Counted from the first letter of the stretch, positions 26,835 to 40,541 are shown. The stretch is 64,000 nucleotides of DNA from Chrysomallon squamiferum (GCA_012295275.1 CM022676.1:10788001-10852000); one strand, 5' to 3'. Program-made: numbers and translations. Notes: generated from the letters alone by a model not told the origin.

Positions 26835-27139
26835 TGGAAATTTCTAAAGAAATATTCTTGCTAACACTTCTATCATATGTACATGTCCAAACAGCTTCAT
26901 CTTCAATATTGAGACTGTTTAGTGTCAGATTGAAGAGTTTAGAAGTTCCTGTGTCACCAGCACATTTACAAGAGTAACTAGTAACAGCACTGTCTTCCGC
27001 ACAGTTTTGTAAGACTGAACATACAATGTCTTATTCCTCACAAATGATACAGGTAAAGTGATGCTGTCTGATACAGAACACTGGAATGTGTGGCTTTGAT
27101 TGTAAACACCTTTGTCAAAACCCGTTAAGCTCACCACAC
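26835..27139 (-). pseudogene. Gene T2 exon 2: six-Cys V-like Ig domain with a 1-bp deletion
   Basis: Splice sites identical in position to T1 exon 2 but 305 instead of 306 nt. GVVSLTGF...HTFQC...VSFVRNK / shift near 27030 / IVCSVLQNC...YSCKC...FNLTLNSL...EAVWTC...ISLEIS. Confidence 0.85.
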
Positions 27140-29119
27140 CTGCAAAAATATGTATAATACAGTTGTTTCAGTTTATTGTTGTTGTTTTTTCATTCATTTG
27201 TTTTTCATTCTGTTCAATCAATTATATTTAAAACAAATTATTTCGATATCAGAAAAAAATGGCTAATACTGACATTTATTTTTAACCACAAACATTTCAG
27301 TTAATTATATTTTTTCCCTCTGAACTTAAATATTTGGAAGCTTTTGGACATTTTCTAATTGTTTCTTTTCTATTTATTTATTTTTGTTTGTTTGTTATGT
27401 AGATCTTTGAAAAACGTGAAGCAGCAAACATCAGTAAAAATGAGAATTGGTGTATACTTGTTTACTCTGTATGTGGAAAAAACACCACAAATATTATTAT
27501 CCAAAGTCCCAGTAATCAAAATAATAATATATTTTTAATTACTTCTAAAATCAGTCTTCTGTTATGGAGTAAATCAACCTTGAAATTCAGAAATTTTGAC
27601 AATTTATATAAATATACCAGAAAACAAAAATGTATTATACTCCTACTTTGTTAAAGCAATATGTCAGACAACATCAGACTTAGAGATGGATATATTATGT
27701 AATATCATTAGATTATGCTGAATTATCACTGGATTGATAACTTGAACACCGTCTATAGATAGCTTGGTATTATATGACAAGTCAAAAGAAAGGACCAAAA
27801 AAATATGTGCCCATATTACTAGTATCCATTGACTACAATCTTAAATTTTACTTTCACTGGGTCATTATTTCAGCAAGTAAGGCCTTTTGAAATTTCACAT
27901 TTGAGCTAAAATTGGCATGCCATCTATCTGTAGAAACCTTATCTACAATAATTTTTAGGTAATGCAACATTCAACCAAAACATTCATACTTGAACTTTTG
28001 AAGCAGAGATCCTTAATGGACTGTTTGTGCTATCAGTACATTATGCTTCACACTTGTTATTGCTTAAAATTCTAAATTCATTCAAAATCAAATTGTTCTT
28101 TTTGATTCATTCTAGCTTCTACTGCCACTGAAACTTAATAAAGACTGCCAAACTATTAAGCTAGACAAAAAGAATGAGTGGGAGTAATATCATTCCACAA
28201 GAGTATATCTATATGTCAACTGTATTTATAATAAAAAAAATGTATTCTATTTTGTAAAATTCACTGGATTCCAAGTTAAATTCTACAGTGTAAGTAATGG
28301 TAGAAAGTAAATCCAAAGTGAATTTCTGTTTTGAAAATACAGTGCTAACTATAACTTTAGATTTTTTTATCCTGATTTCAGTGATCACAATTTTAATGTT
28401 TTCAGTCAAAATCTTCCATGATGTTTAAGTTTTAATATTTAATTTGTTCTGTCATTTGCACACTATTATCATTTTCAACAAATTTGGATTTTTTAAGGGC
28501 TCATTCTGAAACAATACTCTTTCTGACAGAGCTCATCATCTGAATCAGCTGAGTTATAACTTTCCATTTATTGGGTGATCTGACATTAATATTGAATACC
28601 TCACTGAGAGCACAAATTAATTTGGCAACATTTGAATGATGAACAACTCATGTGTCACCTGTCCAGAGTTAATTTGAACGTCTAACAACAATCACACATG
28701 CATGGGCAATGATAGATTTTGCAGTGACGATCAAATGTTTGGTATAGTGGACTTAGTATATATCCCATAAGAAATGAAAACATATCAACACAATGTAATT
28801 TTGGAATACATCAGAGGCCCATGACTGACATAGCCGAGGTATTCCCAGTACTTTCAGACTGCTTGACAGTCGGGAGAAGTGGTCACTGTTATATCCTCAG
28901 GGTTGAGCTGTGATGAATAATAATAAAAAAAAGTTGCCAATCTCTTTCAAACATTAGTTATTTGCATTTTGACATATAATACAATACTTGGAAATTTTCA
29001 CTAGCCAGACAGGCAACACGTTTATATGATTTTTGATTTGTCTGATGCTTTAGTAATTGGGTGACCACCAAGTGCAATAAAGTCTATCTGGGGACTACTG
29101 TTTTATACCAAATGCATCT

Positions 29120-31858
29120 GGGTCATTCCATGTCAAAGCACCCCCTCCCTCCCCGAAAAAAAAAGTTAAACCCGACCGACTCGAATTTTTATGAAACTTT
29201 GGTATACTTGTTGACTGGGATCCCACAGCACCAAATCTGAAATTTGAGCCCAATCGGACCAGTGTTGTGGGAGATATGGCCCACCGAATTTTGAGGTTTT
29301 TGGCAAAAATGGGCGTGACCACCAACCTTTGAACCCTCATATCTCAGGAACTACTGTACCAATCTTCATAAAAAGGCAATTCGTATTGTTGAAAAGGCAA
29401 TATGACAAGGATTCAAATTTGGGGGTTACTGACCTTTTGACCTTTGTTATGATCTTGAAATTGACCGTGTGGATCACGTGACCTTGAGATAACCTTTAAT
29501 CTCCCACATGTTAAGTAAAACATATAAAAGTTTCCTGGGTGTAATATTTTTTGTTTAGCCGCAATCTAGATTTAAAAAATGCACGTCCATGAAAATAAGA
29601 CCTTTACAGCCATTAACATCTGTTTAACTAAAACCTGAATGATCAATTCTGGATGCTAGGAATCACCATCTCTATTGATCACCGAGTAAGACATTGTAGG
29701 CCTACATGTATGCATTAAGTTCACATACATTTGTGAGAACTAGGTGTTTCTGATGCTTAACCTTCTCACCATCTTTGTTTCAAATGCTCACTGTATCCTT
29801 CATTCCCGGACACATTCTACTGTTCTCGTCACTTTTATAAAATTGGACCATTTCCTCCTTCAATTCATTTGACAGAACTTCCCCTTGTATCTTATCACAG
29901 AGGGATAGAATCCCTTTCTCTTTCTTCACCGCACGGCTTTTTTTCACAAGGTAATTCGTTGTTTGAAATTCATTCATTGTCCTTTCAATGGTAAAGGGTG
30001 ACAAAATCAAAATTTGCACATGCTCTGGGTAGGATTCAGACATTAAGATGACGTTTTAATGTTACTGTAGCTGATGCTATTTTTTTTTCTGTCCTTTTAT
30101 TCGTTTACTGGAACGTGCTAGTGAATGGAGTTTGACAGGAGTTTCGCCTAAACTCGACAGGATAGAATTCAAATCAAAGTCCTTTTCTGGGAAAACAACA
30201 ACCGGCGGTTTGTCTGGCAAGTTATCATCAAATTCTCCCATAGTAAAACCACCCATACTAAAGCCATCCTCTGCAGGGGTTTGGACCTTTGATTTCTGAA
30301 GGCTAATCAGACAGTCACAGCACAACTTGTCTCCTGGCACTAGCGTCTTTGGAGGATTTTCTAAGAATTTGTAAGTGCCCATGCAAACAATTCTTAAAGA
30401 TGTAGTGCGTGCTTGCTTAGGATGGCAATTAAGGGGATCACAACACTTTTTCCGCAAAGTAGAAAACTTGAAAAGTTGTTGTTCATGATGTGAACAGATA
30501 CTCTTGATGTCCCGTGTTTTGATACTACTTCAGAGTGAGAAGTTCGACTTCCTGTTTTCCATACACTTCGCAACAACTCCTTTTTTGTATGATGGTGTTG
30601 ATAACACATATTTTCAGGAGAGTTAAAGCTGCAGTTAGCTATGGAAGACATAAGGATTTTCAGTATTGGCCTGCATCTTCAATTCAATAGGACAAAGTCA
30701 GTGCTTTGCTAAATATCAAATCAAATCCTGAAACCCTTTCAGTAAAGTTAAGCAGGTCATAAAATGGCAGCAGAGTGCATGTGTTATTGCCAAAGGCCCA
30801 CAAGTCTTGGGCGTTTAGGTCAAACTTTTCAAGTATAAATCACAGTTTATCAAGGTGAAAGTAGACCTTGTTCATACTCTGTGTCGAAGACTGGGTTTAC
30901 AAATACATTATACAGTACATCACTTGATGAAGTCTTATTTCAGACTGGGCTATACTGTAGTTGACAGAAATCTTGTTCAAAACCAATGGCAAGGCCAAAT
31001 GACATGATAAAATGACTTAATAGGTTTTATGAAGAAAACATAATGCTTACATATCAACATCTGTCATTGTGTCCAACTTGAAAGCTTCAAATTGTCAAAG
31101 AAATTTGAAGAAACTTTTTGTCTTAAACTTCTAATTGCCATGTGCTCAATGGGGATTGCACCAGGGCATCTAAAGGAGTTCCCAACCTGCCTGAAGCATC
31201 ACTTCTTGTTAACCCTTTGAGCCCGATTGTGTAGAACATGTCATGCCATTCGGCATCTTTTCATATCCTTCAGGCATTCCTTCAGACATGTTAGGTGGGT
31301 TTTAACTCCAAAGATGAATTTTTGGTCTCAGAGAAGTGTATACATGTAGTGTATGTACATTGTAATGCATTGTATCAATCATCCATGCAGGTATGCATTT
31401 TTAAAATCTATATTATGGCTAAACAAACAACATTACAACCAGGAAACTTTTATATGTTTTAGTTAACATGTGGGAGATTAAATTTCAATAAAGGTCATCT
31501 CAATGTCACGTGATCCACACAGTCAATTTCAAGATCATAACAGAGGTCAGTGTACCCCAGCATTCCGAACAATAATGGCAGATTTGGAATCCTTGTCATA
31601 TTGCCTTTTCAACAATACCAATTGAATGACGATTGGTACAGTAGTTCCTGAGATATGAGAGTTCAAAGGTTGGTGGTCACGCCCATTTTTGCCAGAAATC
31701 TCAAAATTCGGTGGGCCATATCTCCCACATCACCGATTCCATTGGCCTGTAATTTCAGATTTGGTGCTGTGGGATCCCAGTCAACAAGTATACCAAGTTT
31801 TATAAAAATTTGAGACGGTCGGGTTTAACCCACTGGGTGATTTGACACGGAATGACCG
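29120..31858 (-). mobile_element. Sola2-like DNA transposon with long TIRs and transposase fragments, in T2 intron 1
   Basis: GGGTCATTCC...GGAATGACCG termini, ~470-bp TIRs, 4-bp TSD ATCT (29116-29119 / 31859-31862). Minus-strand ORF pieces 29780-30651 include FYKSDENSRMCPGMKDTVSI. GRG termini, long TIRs and a 4-bp TSD are Sola2 traits. Empty site present in T1 intron near 4995. Confidence 0.85.
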
Positions 31859-31933
31859 ATCTCTTAATGACAATGTCAGATGTAAGATCACTAATCAAAT
31901 CTGCTCTTATTCTGTATATATCGCAAGCAAACA

Positions 31934-31979
<46 letters not shown>

Positions 31980-32039
31980 TGCCACCTTTAGACGTGCAAA
32001 CAATTTATGACAACGATGGTTTCAGACGCCATCACTTTC

Positions 32040-33110
32040 AAGTATGTACGTGACAAAAGACATGCGTGTGCCGCTGCAGAAGGTCACCCGACAGGTATGG
32101 TGCATTTTTTCATAGCTTGAGGAGGGATCCCTCACTCGCATTTCTGTTTAGTCATTATTTTTCCATAATTTCAACAAATATCATTTGAAATATTTTACTT
32201 CATCACAGTATTGGTTTTTTGACAGGCCATCTTTGATAAAAGGAGACTCAACAGACAAATGTACTGTTTCAAAATGATCGTCATGTGTCCAAAGTACGCT
32301 CAACTCAGACTATGAATCATGTATAAATTACAAATTATGCATTTCTCTCATAGTCTGCCAAATTTCAGGCTAGACCTAGTAAATTTTGGATACGAAAATG
32401 TGTGGTATTCTCAGCAAATGAATACAATATGGCCACAGCTGATGTCCTACAAGTTTGATTTTTCGTTTATTTTAGATGGCATAACGCATATGATGCTTCT
32501 AAATGTATCAAGAACTCTATTTTCAGTTATAGTTCATGCACATTGGTTTGATTTTTATGAAATGTTACAACTATATAATGAAGGAATAAGGCAGATTAAC
32601 ACTAATTAATGTTATTAATTAACTTGCAAAAATGAATGTTAGAACACACTTGAATATGTAACGGTCCCTACAATTCATCAGTGTTGAAAAATGATCTTTT
32701 TGTGTAGCAATTTAATTTCTATGGAGTTTTTGAGAATTACATAATTAAGGCATAAGATACATTTTTGCTAATTAGTTTGATTAATTCATTAAAATTCATG
32801 AATATTAGCAAGTTGCTGAAAAATCCTGTACAGGTTTAGAACCAAAAGCTACATTTTGATATTTTATACATACATATATATTAGGTTAAAGCTTTATGAG
32901 ATAGTCAGTGTTTATGTTGAAAATGACAATTTCTCCATAGATTATGAAATAAAAATACCCTCAACTTTGATTCTGATAAAAATTCTTAACTTTTTTCATA
33001 TAAATGCTGTCAAAGAGATCTTGGTGTCATTTAAATATGCATTTTTTACTCCTAATCATGTATAATGCTTTAGGAGAAAAATGTTTTTGAAAATGTTGTC
33101 GCATACCTAG
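32040..33110. mobile_element. Unclassified non-coding insertion in T2 intron 1
   Basis: Homology to T1 intron 1 stops near 32040 and resumes near 33150; ends are loosely inverted (AGTATG..GTGACAA / TTGTCGCATACCT). Confidence 0.35.
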
Positions 33111-33170
33111 TAACAATACAATACATTATATACAGGGATTACTGATATGAAGAGTTAATTAATGGGAGTT

Positions 33171-33233
<63 letters not shown>

Positions 33234-33433
33234 TATTACTAGTACTACTAGTTCATATAGAAGTCATGGCAAAAACATAATAAATATTTATCGTAATTTG
33301 AATGATAATACAATTAATAGGTTAATACCGATAAAATAATGTGTTTTAAATGTGTAGGTGTATGCTGTACTTCTTGAACAGACTGTGTGCTGTCAGTAAA
33401 ATAAACTAATATTTATCCGATTTTTAATAATAC

Positions 33434-33500
33434 CTGAAATATTTTCGAAATGGCTGAAGAATAATGCAAGTATCAAAAACAACTTCCCGAATCGCGACAT
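33434..33500 (-). CDS. Gene T2 exon 1: signal peptide
   Basis: MSRFGKLFLILALFFSHFENIS(G), 67 nt, CAG|gtatta donor; homologous to T1 and T3 exon 1. Confidence 0.85.
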
Positions 33501-33815
33501 GACGCCACTAATTTTATGTAATTCTTCTCGTTCGCTGTATTTAATCGCACGAAACGTAAACACTTCGTCACAGAAAGCTGAATCTGACCGTTTAATGTAA
33601 GATACAGAATCCTTATTAAAGAACCATCAATCCTGCACATACAGAATTAACACCACAAATTCTGGCCTCTGTGATCTGCATTTGAGCGACACCAATTTAG
33701 TGACTAACACACTACTTTTTTCTTTTGCCGTGGGAGATAACTCTCTTGATACTATAATATTTATAACTTTGGCTATTCAAACGGAGTCGGAAACATATTT
33801 TGTATTTATCTATTT

Positions 33816-33846
<31 letters not shown>

Positions 33847-35205
33847 TTCATTGTAATTGCTGTAGTAATTTGTCAGGAAAGCACAAATCCAGATTCAGAA
33901 ATATTACATTGTGTTGTTTCTAGTAAATCTCTGGGTACAAGTACTTTGAACAATGTTCAAATTAGTTGTTTGTCAAAAATACACCTATAAATAACTGCAT
34001 GCAATGCATTAATTATTAACAAGTTTATTTAATTTGCAATTAAATAAAATCAAAGTGTTTGTTGCCGGCGTGTTTTGTCTGGTTGTTCTGCGAATTATAT
34101 TCTTTACATGAATATTTTTATACAAAATAAGATATATATGTATATGTATATCGTTTTAATAACTGTTATACATACATGTGTGTGTGTGTCTGTGTGTGTG
34201 TGTCTGTGTGTGTGTTTGTGTGTGAAATCGTTTTCATTGCTCTTAAAGTAAAAAATCGCCACGCAGTATGATAATGAATATTTATGAGAATGTGCGCTGT
34301 TAATAATGTGCGGTTCGAAGGAGGAAGACAATATTTTAAAAAGTTGTTTATGTATCTTGGATAACATAATTATTATACAGGTGCATGTTCTAAACTTTGT
34401 AGCGACCATTAAAATTAATTCGCAATGATTTAGCGTTGCGGCTACAAATATCGTGAGTAGCAGCAAATTTCATAGGAACCGGATTGCGTCCCTTTGTAAA
34501 CGTGACGGTCGTCGCTCCGAATTACATTTGTTTTGTTTAAGTACAAGACACGTGAACTGCTGACACCAAAAGTGTAAAATATTGGCATGGCAGCCAGTCT
34601 GTATAAACGGGTGGCGGGTGTTGCTGCCATTGCTGCCGTTGCTGACGAATAGCGGGCCTTAAGTGTGTAGTGAGACCTCTGATACGTTGATGAAATCGAT
34701 TATAAGTAGCGTTAGGCCCAGGATTATCGTTAGAAATGCAGTTAGAATGACCGGATTTAAATACCAATTTATATCTATACATTTTCTGTTTAAATATAGT
34801 AAAGGAGAGGCTTAATATTACAAAAAAAAAATTTTTAAAGTTAACTTTATTTATTTATTTATTTGTTTATTTATGTATTTTGTTAGATTGTTAAAAGAGG
34901 GTTTAGGCTAGGCTAGGCTAGGCTAGCCAGCATTAGTTTATTTCTAGAAACATTTAAGATAAAACATGTTTAAGGTTAGAGCAAGGTTAGTAAATTTCAT
35001 AAAATAATTCATCTGCTCATACCCAGAACAATAATCCATTTCGTCATATATATTAAATGTGTCATTCAAGAAAACATAATATAAATAATGATGGCTACAC
35101 CAGTGCGATGAAAACTCATTTGGCTATTAACTTGGATTTAATTTTTCAAATATAAATTACGATTACTACATTATTTTACAAATAAAGTATTTTTTATCTA
35201 ATAAC

Positions 35206-35209
<4 letters not shown>

Positions 35210-35288
<79 letters not shown>
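35210..35288. repeat. (AAT)n microsatellite, representative of dozens of (AAT)n, (CA)n, (TA)n, (CT)n and (TATC)n tracts
   Basis: Directly visible; other examples 8881-8932, 10988-11070, 35891-35946, 48648-48728. Confidence 0.95.
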
Positions 35289-35889
35289 TGTGGATACAGA
35301 GCTATCAATCTTAAATAGTCATCAGATTTCATAATAAAAGCAATATATAAGCAACAAGAACTGCAAAACATGTTTATTTTTCAAAGGCTTTAAGACAATA
35401 GTTCTATCTTTTAACAGATTTCTGCTCTGTGTATTTTAGTTATTCATCAGTGTTTCTTTCTTTCTTTTTTCTTTTTCTTTTTATATTATTTGTTTTACAT
35501 ACAATGACTGTAACTCATCTAGATCAATCACAGAGGGAAGACTTCTGCCGATCAGGATGTATTTGTTGTGTTAAAGAATGTATTGTGTAATAAAAATATA
35601 TAGGTAGTATTAGCCTTGAGTTTCAAGATGCATTAATTTTATCGATTATTTTTTCACTGTTAATCGTCAACAACGTGAAAACTCAGATTGCACGTGCATG
35701 TATGGTTCGACATGTCGCGTGTAGTATTTGGTCAATTTGTTTTTATTCTCTTATTGACGGTAAAAAAACAAAAAAACAAAACAAATATATATATATATTT
35801 TAAACATTATAGAATTTTTAGTATGCCATGAATACCCAAAAATTTACGCGAACGGAAGACTGGCATGTCGACAGAAGTTTTACTCGAGC

Positions 35890-35950
<61 letters not shown>

Positions 35951-36556
35951 CTACGCAGTGCGGACGCCAGTACCTAGTGAGGGACATTTCAAAATTCAAA
36001 GTATTTTAATGACATTTTCAATTTACAGTTGAGTAGATTAAACTTGAATTAGAGCAAAAATTCAACTAAAATAAAACAGTTGAGATAACACCGTAGCTGA
36101 AATCTGAAACTATTTAAATATGGAACATAAAGAAAATACATTAAAGCACTTGACACTTAAAAATCAACGTCAGTAATTTTATAAATATTTAAACACGTTA
36201 ATAACTATAACAATACTAACTGATAAAAGTTGTAAAACATAATTAAGTTTAATTCTGTTGATGCAAACGTCTGCTTTTCTGAGATGCTGTGAAATCTAGT
36301 GAAAGGTACCAACATGTTAGCTAAACATCTACTTCTGATTTATCATTCTACCCAGTATTTTACCTACAAACAATCAAGAGAAAATTAATAATTATTACCT
36401 AACTAATAATTATAATGTGAATAAAATCTTTCTCTTACTGCCAAAACAGTTTATATTCTATACAACTGTTGTAAAAATAACTCAGGAAATTTTATCGTAT
36501 CACTATGTAACACTAAATAAAATGTTACATTTACTTTAAAAATAAATTCTAGAAAG

Positions 36557-36611
<55 letters not shown>

Positions 36612-36688
36612 GTCAAAGAAAGAAATAAGAATGTAATTTAGATTTTTTCAGTACTTTATACATCTCATATCATCGTATTTATCTTTGC

Positions 36689-36734
36689 TTAAGGAGTATG
36701 TAGATCTACAGCAATGACTAGAGCGTTGATGAAC
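36689..36734 (-). CDS. Gene G2 terminal coding exon (end of hydrophobic GPI-like tail)
   Basis: ctttcttcag acceptor, phase 2: (M)FINALVIAVDLHTP*. Homologous to plus-strand 53046-53082. Confidence 0.7.
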
Positions 36735-37149
36735 CTGAAGAAAGATAAAATGAAGATGAAACAAAAATTAGAAGCAAAGAATTATTAGACAGACGAAAAT
36801 ACAGAAGCACAGAAACAGACACGAAAGACATGTATAAAGATAGAAAGATAAATAGACAGGCACAATGTACATAGACACATATCATTATGTACAGTTCTAT
36901 AGGCACAATTTATAGGTACAGTCAGATAATCGATCCATACGTAGACAAACGCTTAGAAAGAAGACAGTTCGACAGGAAAATAGATATACATAATCACAGA
37001 AATCCGCATACATACATACTGAAAGAGATCAGACATAGGTAGAGATGATTCATACAGATTAGATATAATGAGAGCAATGCTAATAAAATTAATATTACAT
37101 TCAGCAATAAAATAACTAATAAAAAGAAAATAGTTACAACATTACTTAC

Positions 37150-37204
37150 ATGATTATTACATAAAACATGGAAGAACATGTGGAGTCACTTCCGCTGTTT
37201 TGAT
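37150..37204 (-). CDS. Gene G2 stalk / GPI-signal exon
   Basis: attttag acceptor, AT|gtaagt donor, 55 nt, phase 1-2: DQNSGSDSTCSSMFYVII(M). Joins in frame to both neighbours. Confidence 0.7.
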
Positions 37205-38080
37205 CTAAAATATATATATATATATATATATACATATATATGTATGTATGTATATGTATATGTATATACAGACATATCTATCTATCTATCTATCTAATGT
37301 CTTACAACAAAACCGTTCTGACATGACCTCACGCACGCTTTTATCTACTTTCTAAAGAAGTGTGGAAATAAAAAAAAAAAAAATAAAAAAAAAACTAAAA
37401 ATTAAAAAATTATAAAAAAGGAATGAAGGTGACGAATCATCGCAATATAATTCAGACCATACTGATTTAGCTGAAGCAGAGGATTAAGACAAATCAAGGT
37501 TTATTTAGTTCTGTGCAAATGAGCCTCTTATACTAAAATAACATAACATCAGTTGATTACTGCTCTAACAACTCTCGATAACAAACAGTTTTCAGGGAGT
37601 AATGGTGCTAATTAAGGACAGTCTGTGAATTTATCCTAATAGAAACGAAATAATACGCTCCCAACAGTTTTGCGTAATTTTTCCAGTGCCTGGCCAGAAA
37701 AAAAAAAAAAACCCCTGAACATCTAAACATTGTATTGTTGATCTTATGACCACTTTGGGCCTGCTTCAAGCTTCAGTGACTCAAACATATTCACAACAAC
37801 TTTGCAATAAACAAGAGTCAAAAATAAATGTTGATGAACATTATAATACAAGTTCAAAAAAAAAATGACATTTTTTTCTATTCCATGTGTGCCCTTAAAT
37901 TAGTTTTCTTTTTCCTATATTCCAGCCATTTCTAGCATAAAATTTTGAGGTTTATTTCACATTATTGATTTAGGGGTTAAATTAAATATCATGAAGTATA
38001 AATATTTGCATAAAATTAGGAGAGGTTAATATTTTAAATAAAAACTGAAAATATTTAATGAAAAAACAGAGAAAACAGAA

Positions 38081-38158
<78 letters not shown>

Positions 38159-38404
38159 AGTAAAAAAATAAATAAATAAATAATTAAGTAAACAAACAAA
38201 CAAACATATAAATAAATAAACATTAAAGAAAGGAAAATAAAAAAATATAAATAATAATAATTCATAAATTCTCACAGTAATAACACCATTGTTTTACCTA
38301 ATTATAAACTTTTGTAATAAGCTTTAACAGTACAGTATAGCTTGATGGGATACTTGTAGGTAAGGTCCAAAAGATGAGCTTGTACTAATGTGAATGAAAC
38401 CTGC

Positions 38405-38704
38405 CTACGATTTGAAACATGATGCTAGATGACACGCGTTTTTCACCATTAGTAGCTGAACAAACCAAACTTTTCCCATTATCATCCATATTAACTTTTA
38501 TATTGAACATGCTGCTTGTTACAATACCAGAGTCAGCAATTGTCTCAGTGGAGCTGGCAATGCCATCTATTATCTCTGTACCATTTAAAGTCCATGTGAT
38601 TACAGCTTCTGGATAACAAGGGTTAGTTGAACAGAACAGTTCTGTAAGAATTCCTGGCTTTACTGGGGTTGAGTCACTTGTTATAGAAACTTTCTCCAAA
38701 GGAA
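38405..38704 (-). CDS. Gene G2 exon: C2-like Ig domain
   Basis: ttaaag acceptor, 300 nt open. VPLEKVSI...ELFCSTNPCYPEAVITWTLNG...DDNGKSLVCSATN...FQIV; donor at the G1-equivalent position is G|gcaggt. Confidence 0.9.
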
Positions 38705-38804
38705 CTTTAAAATAAAAAATAATAAATATACAATGCTTGTAATCTTATAAATATTACTTTTACCATTTATTCTATTTTTCATTTCATTTAATATTTAATT
38801 TAAA

Positions 38805-38862
<58 letters not shown>

Positions 38863-39708
38863 GTAATAATTTGTTTATTGATTTATTTATGTTTATTATT
38901 TTGTATTTATTAATTTTTGTTTATTACTGATATGAAAAACGTTGTTAATCTTAATATTAATAATAGGGTTGTAGGACAAAATACAAGTCGCTGAAGTTTA
39001 ATGTAGATTCAAGACAAATATTTAGTTTATTAGTGTAAGATTGCATTTACTTTGTGAAAATCATTTACCATTAGATGCATAATTATGTTGGTATCTTTGT
39101 AACATTAACAAAGGAAATTTTAATATACATTGTGGCTCAAAAGTTAAACAAAACGAAGGTAATTTTTTATGTATCTTTACTCTATACAAAAATACGTTTG
39201 ATCGTTATTCTAGAGGTGTTCACAAAAAACGCGAGTAAGAATTTTGTAAATTTTATGTACCTTGATTTAAATGATTGTATTATTACTAGTTAATTAGGCA
39301 ATAATAATGTTGTTTAGATTTTTTTGCGGTAAATTAAAAAGACAATTAAACAAAAAATCTATTTACTATTTATCATATATTATTAAAATTTTGGAATTCA
39401 ACACCGGCCAATGTTCAGATTTCAAGATCATTCCTTCACAGTAAAATGGGATGTGTCTGACTTCATTCTTTTCTGATGCATCTTTTTTAAAACATTTTAC
39501 TAATGATAGTTTGAAGCTAAATCTACGTTGATTTCATTTTTGCCGAAGATGATTGCAGACTAGACACTGCTAAATGTTAACATTTACAAACTCATTTGCT
39601 TTTAAATGTCCTTTGATATCTTCAATCCACATCATCAGCATCAAAAATGAAATATAAGTAGGTTTCAAGTCATAATTCTATAACGAGAAATGTAAATACA
39701 TTTTTTAC

Positions 39709-40017
39709 CATATACTTCTAAATATTCAGTATTAGTTGGGGTTCCTCCAAACGCTGGCTCACATGTCCAGCTAGTTCCATTATAACTGAAGTCGATGTTG
39801 TTTATGGTCAAATTGAAAATAGTTCCTCCAGAACATGAATACTGGTATTTATCTGGATAAATTCCTGTACAGTTGGTACCTGAACCTTGACTTGTAAGGA
39901 AACTCGCCCAAGGTGTTGTCCATTGTATTCCTTTTACACTACTTCCCGTGTTACAAGAAAGACTGATAGTTGATCCAGATAAAACATATTTTTTAGATTT
40001 TGTAATATTGTACTGAC
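39709..40017 (-). CDS. Gene G2 exon: V-like Ig domain (absent from the ORF track)
   Basis: ttttag acceptor, G|gtaaaa donor, 309 nt open. GQYNITKSKKYVLSGSTISLSCNTGSSVKGIQWTTPWASFLTSQGSGTNCTGIYPDKYQYSCSGGTIFNLTINNIDFSYNGTSWTCEPAFGGTPTNTEYLEVY. Confidence 0.92.
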
Positions 40018-40373
40018 CTAAAATAATAATAATAAAAACATTTATAAAAAATATATTTATCTATCTGTCTATTTATCTGTCTGTGCGTGTATGCATGTAT
40101 GTATACGTATATGTAATTTACAAATACAAGTGTTTTTCTTCATTCTACTTCAGTCCATGGAAAAACATGAAGCTTTTGTTCCATCTGAGTTGGTAGTTTT
40201 TTGCTATAAAAAAAAAATCATATCTCAAAACATAAGCACGAGATGAGAATAATTTTGGTTTGTTCTATATGTGTATTCAAACGTTCTATATAACTAACAA
40301 GAAAAAGAAAATATATAGAAATTAAAAAAGGAAATTCAAAAACTATATATATATTGTTTTACCCAGAAAAAAG

Positions 40374-40408
<35 letters not shown>

Positions 40409-40483
40409 AATAATAATAATAATTCAAAGGCAATTTTTAAATATTTTACCTATTCTCTGAAGAACTGCATTTAACAAACTCAC

Positions 40484-40541
40484 CCACAATAATTTCGACT
40501 GTTACCAGATATATTAGAATAGGAGTTAATTTCAGTAACAT
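40484..40541 (-). CDS. Gene G2 signal-peptide exon (five coding exons give a complete 255-aa ORF)
   Basis: ctttgcag acceptor (exon starts 40552), MLLKLTPILIYLVTVEIIV(G), G|gtgagt donor. Exon lengths 58+309+300+55+46 = 768 nt. Confidence 0.85.
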
